This document shows, one piece after another, positions 13,448 to 22,980 of a stretch of 64,000 bases of DNA. Source of the stretch: Marsupella aquatica (lineage: Eukaryota > Plantae > Marchantiophyta); the NCBI GenBank assembly GCA_973895155.1, contig OZ316896.1, forward strand, positions 21,519,643 to 21,583,642, written 5' to 3'. Within the stretch, counting starts at the first letter, position 1. Each line of letters starts with the position of its first letter. Under the pieces are notes generated by a model that had not been told where the DNA came from, ran no database searches, and saw only the letters and a list, made by a program, of their open reading frames with translations. Position numbers and translations under genes: made by a program.

Positions 13448-16400
13448 ATGGCTACTTCCTCTAGTTCTGATGATTCTACTAGCACTTCTAGTTCTGGGTA
13501 GTCCCTAAACTTTGATTCTAGTAAAATCTTTGAGTATGATTCTCAAGACACTTTACTAAAGATGTCGGTGGAATCCACTTTGGCCGCCTCAAGGGGATTT
13601 CATATCACAGTTCCACGTAAGTATGATTCAACAATTGATGCAAGTTAGTCTTTGAAGGGTCACTCTTAGAGCGACCTTATCTTGCCTAAGATCTGTCGTT
13701 GTTATTGGTTGGATGTTGATTTAAGTTTTCCTAGGGTCGCTCCAGGAGCGACCCAACTTTGTTGTTGGTTGGACGTTGATTTAAGTTTTCCTAGGGTCGC
13801 TCCACGAGCGACCCAACTTTGTTGTTGGTTGGACCTTGATTTAAGTTTTCCTAGGGTCGCTCTTGGAGCGACCCAACTTATTTGTCGGTTGGACCTTGAT
13901 TTAAGTTTTCCTAGGGTCGCTCCAGGAGCGACCCAAATTTGTTGTTGGTTGGACCTTGATTTAAGTTTTCCTAGGGTCGCTCTAGGGGCGAGGCAACACA
14001 GAAGATCTCTTGCTTTAATGTTTGTCGTTTCAATTTGTTTTTCTAGGAGAACAACTTGGATCCCTAGAGTTAAATATTATGGCCGAGGATGTCAAGGACT
14101 TTATTTTCCCTGGACAAGATAAGGCAGGATTTTTGTGGGCACTTGAAGTAGGGATCATGGAGAATGACTTGTCGATGATTTGTATCAAGGCAATCACTGC
14201 TGAGACAATGAACGACAAGAAGATAGTTGCGTTGGGCCCTGTGGTCCTTGTAAATTGCAGTGATAACCGCAATGTTACAATCATTATTGAATCCAGAGAA
14301 AGATCTCAGTGGATGAGACTTTACTTGCCAATCAAGATGTACTCGTCAATTATCAACGTGGAGTGGATAGCACGCTCGGAGGCTAGTATTTGTTCAATGG
14401 GATTTCTTCCAGATGGGTTCACTGCAGAGGATCTTCTTGAGAGGCATGGAAGATTCAAATTGAGTGGGGTTGATGTTGTCTTTGGATTCCTCTCTGTGAA
14501 GCGGTACATGCATGATCATCCGGACCTTATAGATCTTCCTAACACATGGGTTGTCCAGAGGATGATTGAAACAGCACGCTTTTCATATGAGCAAGCAATT
14601 GATAAGAGTTTTATTTTCTCTGATGAGTTTGACGAAGATGCTTGCATGAAGTGGATTTCAACTCAAAAGAAGAAGGAAGAAAAGCATCGAGGTAAGGCGA
14701 AGATGAAGATGAAGGCCAAAGAAATGACGTCGGCTGAAACACAGAAGAAGAGAAAACAAAGAGAGCCAAGGAGTGAAGGAAGTACTAGAGGAAAAAAGGC
14801 GGCGTTGAAGAAGAAAGATAAGGACTCCGACAAGAAGCCCAAGAAGAAGGCCAAGATTGGAAAATCAAAGCCCGTGTCAGCGTCAAAAGCAAGGTTGGTC
14901 TTGGATCCGGAGGATGATACATGCCCAACAGATGCACCAGAGGAACGAGATGTATTGGAGGGGCAGAAAGCTTTGCGGAACATCGAGCAATACTACACTT
15001 TTGGAATCAGGGAGGTTTTTGAAATCCCGGTTAAAAGTATTCTTCCGCCTACTGCAGTTTTTGTGTATCGGATGTTCAACCAGGCTCATGCCTTAGAGAT
15101 AGCAAAATCAATGATGAAAAACCCTGGCCAGGAACCACATGTTGCAGATTTGATTCCATTTCTAGAGCGCACTAAGCAGTTGTTACATTTTGACAATACC
15201 GCATGCGATCGGAAGCAATTTTTGTTTGGTGTTAAGAAGCAAGAGATACAATTTCTTGCAATCAGTGGGCAACATTCTGCAAAGGCTGCACAATGGATTC
15301 AAGGGTGGGCAGACAAGGATGCCAAGCTAACTGATCTTGCTAGCAAACTCCAATATCTGAAAGCGAGGATCTTATCAGACCTCACTCCAAGGGCAATTTT
15401 GGTCGAGCACTCGAGCCTTTCAAATGCAGTAAATCAGACCATGCAGTTTAAGTCTTGTTTTCTAGAGACAGTTGTTCATGCGAGAAGGCAATTTGATGAA
15501 TGTGGGAAACCACCGCGTCCAGGAATTGGAACAAACCAAAGTACAGACAACCAGAGATACCAGGTAAACATTTTCATTAGTTGGAACTGTAGTTTAATTT
15601 TGCCTCGCTCTTAGAGCGACCCAAATGAAATTGAATGATGAATACAATGATTGCCCCAACCATTTTCATATGGCTTTGTCATTTTCTTCGCCTCGCTCTA
15701 GGGGCGAGGCAGAGAAGTTGAAGTTTCTAAGTTTAAACATCTAACATGTTTTTTGGTGGATGAATGTAAATGCAGGATTGGTTTGCCCTCGCAAAGATAA
15801 CAATGGGAAAGTCGAGCTTGAAAGCCATTTTTTGGTTGCTCTTTGCTGAGGATAAGCTTTTCCATTTGTGGCAAACTGTTTGTTGGGATTGGTTGGCAGG
15901 GAAGCTCCCTGGCGGGGCAGGAGAGTATGGTGGGCCGTGGCCACTAAAGCTGGTCACGCCAACTCTTTTTAGATGTTTTGAAGGGGAGATCAGTTCTAAG
16001 GATATCATTGATATATTGACCGCGGTTTATGAGAAGAAAGCACTTCTCAAGAAAGATGCCTCCAACAAGATGGATCTGGTGTCAATGCCAAATATGGCTC
16101 ATACCATCAAGGTAATGACTAAATTGAAGCAAGTCATTGTTGAGTACTTTGTTGAGAAGCACAAGGAGAAGTTTCCCGGGGGGACATCGTGGGCTTCGGT
16201 GGTCAACATCATGCCGGCCTTGGGATCTCAACTTGAGCTGACAAAATTGCGAAGAGCAGCTGGGGAGGTCTACCTTAGCAGTTTATTAAGGAAGAACATT
16301 GTGAAAGAGGCTTTCCCTCAAAGTCTAATGGTGAGATTAGACGGGTTGTACTACAAACAATTTGGTGGAGTTGGGCGCACACGAACAGAGCCTTTCTTGA

Positions 16401-19400
16401 CGTTCTTCAGTGAGAATCTAATGAAGACAACCACGCCAGACTTATTGGAAGAGGCGACGCCAATGTGTCCACTTGCAATTGTTGATTTTAGTAGGGCACG
16501 ACAACATGAATGGACAGATTCGGAAATTTTTGTATTGCTCCAATATATTGTGGAGTTGCCAAGGAATACAACCATTGTAGTTGTCATGACTACTCATCCA
16601 GGGCCACTTCCAGCCAACATCTTAAGTGCCCTAAGGAAATTAGGACATGAAAAGCATTTGGCCATCCATGTTGAATACGGGAGTTATGATCGGGAAGATC
16701 GCCCAAATCCGCAGGGCTTAATTTTTACAGGAGCGATTGAGCAGGTCATTTTTGCTGGAATTACAGGTGAAGACAATTTTGATTGGAATCAATTGTTTAA
16801 GCCAGAGTTCAATTCAAAATTTAGTTTTCACCCCGATGTTGACTGTGATTTCAATATTGAAGTGAAGGCTGACAAGCAAGAGAAAAGCAAGGGAAAAGAG
16901 AATGAGACAGAGGAGCAGTCTCCCGCATTTGATATGGCAGATTTATTGCGGCAAGCTCCAATGTTTGAGATGGTCGAAAGTCGAGGAGGATTTGTCAATC
17001 CGCATGCCAAGCCCTGACACATGCTCAAAAATATTATTGAATGTTTTTCCGGTGAGGGGGAGACTGTCCTCGATTTTTTTTCAGGAGGGCAGGTTTTGAA
17101 GGTGGCCTTGTTGGCATACCGAGATTGTTTTGTCTATTCAGACACTTTGCAAGAACACCATTTCACCCAAGCATATGCAAGGGTTTTGTGCAACAGGATT
17201 CCCTCCCTTATGAAAGAGCGAATGGGAGTACATGGTCCTAGGAGAGCTCATCTAAGTGTTCTTTGCGGGCCTATGGACAACCCCCAACCGGGCCCTCAGC
17301 GAGTTGACCTTGAGGATGGTGAGTTGCAGCATGATGATGGAGGTTCAAGTCCTATGGTAGAGGAGGATTTTGGCGGAAATTGGGATGCTCGAGCAACAGA
17401 AATGGTTGGCATTACTACCTACGGTGTTGAAGGGCTACCTCAACTCGACATAGTGATGTCGGGTCGCCCTGAGAGCGACCCTCCATCAAATCCTCTCAAC
17501 CCTGAAGTATCAAAATTGCATCCCGAGAGACCGCAGGTATCGTGCACATTGGATGCAGGTTGGCAGAATATTGGGGCCACTACACCCACCACGGACCTAC
17601 AAGTTGGTATTGCAGAAGCGATTGAAGACAACCTTCCACTTGGAGAGACAACAAATGTTGAAGCTGAAGAGGCAGGTGCTTCAACTTGTTCCGAGTCTCC
17701 TCAATTATGTTCGTCAGGGAATAAATTGGTCTTCACAAGGATGTCAAGCGGAAGCCCCATAATATTACGCTTGTCTCAAAAGTCTGGATCTGAGATAGGT
17801 AGAACAAGATATATGAAGACAGTCCGTCATGCAACTCATTTCATTTGGAGAAATGGACCTAAAGTTGGATTGAAAGAAACGTTGGAGGATGCGCCTAAGT
17901 TAATGGTCAAACCTCATTACATAATAGACAAATTGAGATTGAGTCCAGTGTTTGCGCCGGCAACGTTGGTGGAGCAGCTTCCTGTTGGCGTCAATTTTGA
18001 TATCCAAAGTGATCTAGGTGATAAAATGATAGATGAATATGGGTCATTTAGTAGTGGAGGTTAATATTATGGTTTAGTTCTTCTATTTTTCACAATAATC
18101 TAAAATATTATGTTTGGAAATCATATATGGACAGACCAAAGTTTTGTCATAGCATCTCTTCCATCGAAGGATATTATTGGTCTACCTTCAGCAAGCGGTA
18201 CCCTGGTCCAAGACAAAGCATTTGAGCAAGGTACTTCTACATTGATATATCAAAATGCTTTGACATTCAAAAATGATATGTTTGTTTTCCCCATTAGGTC
18301 GGGTCGATCCAGGTTCGACCCTAAGTTCTTCTTTTATATCTTTTAGATATAATTTTGATTCATTTGGATCTTTGCAGATTTCACTCCTAAATTGCACTCT
18401 GATATAAGAAGAAAACTCTTGATTTTGGACCTGAACAAAATTTGTTGGGATTGCGTCAAAACAAAAAGCTCGGGACCGTTAAGATCTACAACAACTGTGC
18501 GGGGTGTGCATTGGGGGAGACGGGGTGGATTCAATTTCATGTACGTGGAAAGGCCAGGGTTGCACCAATTTTTGGAGGTGGCTTTCAAAGGTTTTGATGT
18601 CGCATTGTGGACTTGTGCGGGGAGGCCAAGAACTAATGAAATGATGAATTTGATTTTCAAAGAAGAGGAGCGGAGGCAATTTAAATTTGTTTTCACACAA
18701 GAAGATGCTTTTGATACTGGCATAAAAAGACCGGACGTAGCAGATGGGAAAGGAAATATTATGTTGAAGGATTTGCTTGTGGTGTGGAGTCGTTTTGGAG
18801 ACAAGTATGATGATACAAACACTCTACTTATTGATGACTCTCCAGTGAAGGCTTTTGCAAATCCACAGTATAGTGGTTTGTTCCCAACTCCCTTCTCACA
18901 CGTTGCTGAGAGTGACACTTTTCTACCAGAGATACTTTGGCCATTCCTTAGAAAATTGTGGAAGGCTTATGACATCCGACAATATATATCTGTCAACAAT
19001 CCACTTTGGTCATTTGTTAATATAAATGATGACCGTGAAAGTAATGCTGCAATCACTTTCCCATAAGTGGGGAAGTAAGATTTGGCGTTCCAAGATTGAG
19101 TATACCATCTTGGATGTCACTGGAGATGAGATATGTTGGGAAGTGAGGGATATGGTACAATCCTACCCTACATTTGAGAACCTGACCGAAGATGATATGA
19201 AAGATGTGGTCAACAACTGTTTGGGCGAGTCTTATGCAGGTCCCTTCAGAGAAAATCCTCGCCGATTTGTCTGGGAAGTTCTAAAGACTAGGGATCTCAC
19301 CTCTAAGTTTAAAAACCGTTATCCCAAAGACACTTGCACTCGTGACAGACTATATGACCCAAATGGAGAGCGACTCACTTGTTCAAATCAGTCATGTAGA

Positions 19401-19442
19401 CATATTCATGGAGGCATAGAATTTGAAATTTTAGATGATTAA
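13448..19442 (+). pseudogene. Transposon cargo gene, 5 exons (13448-13616, 14047-15563, 15776-18059, 18135-18230, 18378-19442), ~1700 aa: Lys-rich region, ParB/Srx-like, N4/N6 DNA methyltransferase-like and FCP1/NIF phosphatase-like domains
   Basis: All four GT-AG introns join in phase (1,0,1,1). ParB-like motifs: EIPVKSI..VYRMFN..AKSMMKNPG..FLAISGQHSAKAA. MTase-like motifs: NPHAKP*HMLKNIIECFSGEGETVLDFFSGG..ALLAYRDC. NIF-like motifs: LLILDLN, ERPGLHQFL, VALWTCA, KDL, NTLLIDDSP. Lesions: TAG at 13499-13501, TGA at 17015-17017, +1 frameshift at ~19026-19063. Confidence 0.78.
13705..13995. repeat. 60-bp tandem repeat (~5 copies) in intron 1 of the cargo gene, each copy carrying the 21-bp palindrome
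   Basis: Unit ttggttggaccttgatttaagttttcctaGGGTCGCTCcagGAGCGACCCaactttgttg with an exact 60-bp period. Confidence 0.95.
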
Positions 19443-19729
19443 TCATTATGTTTGTGTACATTGTAGGACACAAGATTGGAGTCATGCAATCATTTTTCTA
19501 TTTCACAGGTCATAGAACTACTTTGGACTTTACACTAGCTTGACCATTGGAGTAGGATCGACATTATGGCTAGCCAACCTTGAATATATGTTATGATAAA
19601 TGAGATGATTAATCTCACTTTGAATTTAATCATGAGTTTTTACCAAATGATACATGTTTGTCACTTATCTATTTAATTTCAAATACAATTAATATTAATA
19701 ATTTCTGTATTATGATTAATTGATTAAAA

Positions 19730-19896
19730 TCAAATTTGGAGTGCAAAAGTGTAATTTTAAACCAAAAAGAGTGTATATTTAGTCTTGAAAAATTGTTTAT
19801 TTGGAGCAAAATTAATGGACTTTTTAGAGACAAGAATGTAAATTTGAGGATCACAATCTGGACTTTTAAATTTCCAGTTTTAATGAATACTGTGAT
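19730..19896 (-). repeat. Right subterminal region with degenerate ~20-bp periodic repeats and the right TIR
   Basis: Recurring aaaa(g/t)tgt..ttt motifs; TIR at 19872-19896. Confidence 0.7.
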
Positions 19897-20567
19897 CTCC
19901 CTATTGGGTAACCAACACTTCCGAAGCTGACAGGGCCCAATGTGATCAACTAGATCTATGTTGCTTTACATGCTATAACAAAGCTGATTTTTGCCTCCCT
20001 ATTCGGTAACCAACACTCGCGAAGCTGACAGGGCCCAATGTGATCAACTAGATCTATGTTGCTCTATACATGCTATAACAAAGCTGATTTTCCCCTCCCT
20101 ATTCGGTAACCAACACTCCCGAAGCTGACAGACCCCAATGTGATAAACTAAATCTATGTTGCTCTACATGTTATAACAAACAAGCTGATTTTTGCCTCCC
20201 TATTCGGTAACCAACACTCCCGAAGCTGACAGGGCCCAATGTGATCAACTAGATCTATGTTGCTCTACATGCTATAATAAAGCTGATTTTTGCCTCCCTA
20301 TTTGGTAACCAACACTCCCGAAGCTTACAGGGCCCAATGTGATAAACCAGATCTATGTTGCTCTACATGCTATAACAAAGTTGATTTTTGCCTCTCTATT
20401 CGGTAACCAAGACTCCCGAAGCTGACAGGGCCCAATGTGATCAACTAGATCTATGTTGCTCTACATGCTATAACAAAGCTGATTTTTGCCTCCCTATTTG
20501 GTAACCAACACTCCCGAAGCTTACAGGGCCCAATGCGATAAACTAGATCTATGTTGCTCTACATGCT
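19897..20567. repeat. 98-100-bp tandem repeat array, right part (~7 units)
   Basis: Same unit as 6202-7108, resuming at ctccctatt immediately after the right TIR. Confidence 0.97.
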
Positions 20568-22849
20568 GCTGAGAAAGCTACTCTAGCTGGATGACGGTTG
20601 GCTCTTCTCAAAGGAAGCAATCCCATCAGCTCGGATGATTACATTTGAAGTCTCTTTCTCCTACCGTATCCAGTACTCTACCCAACCTTGGACTCGTCGA
20701 GTGGCCAGCCAGGCTGGCCAGAAAGAATTCGGCAGTCTGGCAGAGTCCGGGACTTACGGGAGAGTGTACCACCTTAATATTTCTGATAAACTGATGAGTG
20801 AATGCAATTCATATGTTTGATCGCTCACTGGTATTACTGGATCTTGAAAGGAAGGAAACTTTTTCTGGCGAAGTGTAGGTCAGTCAGTCAGTGTACTTTT
20901 CACGTGCTGCGGATCAGCACGTGATCGAATTTAGAGTGTGTTTTCTCGTGGTGGACAACGATATAGAAAATCGCTTTGCTGTCGAGACGGCGAGCAGACA
21001 ACCAAACATCCTGAAGAGAGGAATCTGTAGAGAATTATTTGCAGTCGCATTACTGTGTTGGCAGACCACAGAATCACAGATACTCTCGAATTGAAAGAAG
21101 GATAGTAGATTTGAAGGACTTCAGTCAGCAGTTAGCTTACCGACCCTTCAGCTCGACGCTGAAAGGTCGCCACGACAACACTTTATCTCATCATTAGATG
21201 GAGTGTTCTTCCTGGGCGACCTGGAGATTTCAGCCATGCGGAGAACGAAGCCGCCTCTTGATTGCCATACCGCATGCTCAATGAAACCTGAAGCAGTAGT
21301 CAGAACATCTTTACTTGTCCAGTAGAAGTGGCAGACTGTCTACGTTGTCACTCAGATTCAGAAGAGAATTACATCGAGTATGGGCCGAGTGTCTCCCAAT
21401 GGAGGAACACATTTTGAACGAACCGGACCGAAAGGAAGCATTGAATGAACTGGAGTGTACAGGAGAAACGAGTTATGAATGAATGAAAGCACGATGAACT
21501 CGCTCTCCACGAATTATCGGAAGTTGGTATCATTGCAGGGAGTGAAGTTGGAACTGACAAGAATCAATCAAGATCCGTTGACAGCTCTCACTGAGAGTTA
21601 AGTTTTACGCCACTGAATCGTAAGTATCGGCTGTTTAGATCGTATGCACCTCTGAGAAAGATCTGGTTGCATGAGACTGACTATCTTTGAAGAGAGTCAG
21701 CTTGTTTCAGTTTAACAGTTTCGTCGTTTTGGATTTGTTCACATTTACTGCTGCGAGAAAATGGTATGGCGGAAACCGCTGATCAAACTACCGGCCTGGT
21801 CGGGGCACCAGATTCCTTTTCGTTCAATAAACTTCGCACAGATTTTGCTCTACCGACACCAAACTATAAGGAACAAAACAGGGAATCGGATTTAACCAGG
21901 GATCAGTCATGGATGCTTTCTTTCGAAAGCTGCAGTAGCTGGTTAGTTCCAAAAACGAGTACTGGCTGCCTGAATGTTTTCGGACTCTAAGGGTTGTTAA
22001 TTTGGTGTCATGTATTCCACTGTCTATATTGGATTCACTCCGGTCAATTATCAATTTCCCGTTGAAAAAAGCTACAGTAGTTCAAAGTGAGTACAAGGTT
22101 TTGCCTTTTTGTATAAAGTCAGCGACCACAAAGCTTTCAACTTGTAAACAGTGCCTGACGGTTTTTCTGGTTTTTAAATCCGAAAGAAAGAGATTACGTG
22201 TGTGCGAACGACCATAAATGTTTGCCATTATGTATTGCAGTTGCAATCATTTTTTACCTTTGCCACTCGCAATCATTACGTTTCCCTTCGTAGCACACGT
22301 ACAAAGCTGCAAATAACTTTCCAAGATTTCTGAAAAATACTGCGAACATGTCGCAATGTCGCAAGGTCTGATCAAAACAACGTGGTGGTTGCTCAACTTG
22401 TAAAGCAGCACACAACTACATCGAGTGATACTCAATCCCGTTGTGAAAGGTTTACTTTCAACCCTGGTCCGATCGAGGAGACGGAAAGGAGTCACAAAGT
22501 CTGACCGGGAAGCTCACTGAGAATTGGCGCTGGAAGCAACAAAATTCTTCGTCACGCGAATGGAATCACCTCCTACCACATCTAGACGCGGGGGAGAGAG
22601 AGGTGTGGGTGGTGATCTCAGCTTACATGCGACCTTAAATAGCTAAATATCATAAGATAATTACGTTTTTTTCTTCGTGGATATGATAAAGTTTGGGGGT
22701 TAGCACTACCTCGATTGCAAGAAGACTTGATGGGGCAGGGAGTGGAAAAAGCTCCGAATAAGCCCCTTCTTTGCGAAAGGACTTCCTGGCCCCACTACCT
22801 GCAACTCCTCTCTTCTCCCTCTGGTCAGATGTCCAGACAGTCATTATTG

Positions 22850-22980
22850 GGCCCTATGTGGTCACAATTTAGGGAGGCAGCAAGTGCATTCTTGGGCTGT
22901 ATGTGGTCACATATAGGGAGGCAGCAAGTGCATTGTTGGGTCGTATGTGGTCACTGCTTAAGGAGGCAGCCAGTTTGGGG
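22850..22980. repeat. Degenerate ~45-47-bp tandem repeat (x3)
   Basis: tatgtggtcac....agggaggcagcaagtgcatt.ttggg repeated three times. Confidence 0.8.

Larger units (their letters stand above)
7109..19896. mobile_element. 12.8-kb TIR DNA transposon, Sola-like, with a cargo gene; genes disabled in this copy
   Basis: Left TIR ATCACTATATTCATTAAAAGTGGAA (7109-7133) matches the reverse complement of the right end ATCACAGTATTCATTAAAACTGGAA (19872-19896) at 22/25. TSD CTCC at 7105-7108 and 19897-19900. Removing the element and one TSD restores the satellite unit gcctccctatt. An internal transposase pseudogene is present. Confidence 0.93.

Noticed and set aside
13682-14122. 146-aa ORF with 20-aa repeats
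   Set aside because: Translation of the intronic 60-bp repeat
17015-17017. Programmed readthrough or selenocysteine at the in-frame TGA in the MTase domain
   Set aside because: The gene has other lesions (TAG, frameshift); CGA>TGA decay is the simpler explanation
20570-22500. Coding-like composition to the right of the satellite
   Set aside because: No sustained ORF or recognisable motif; probably old TE debris
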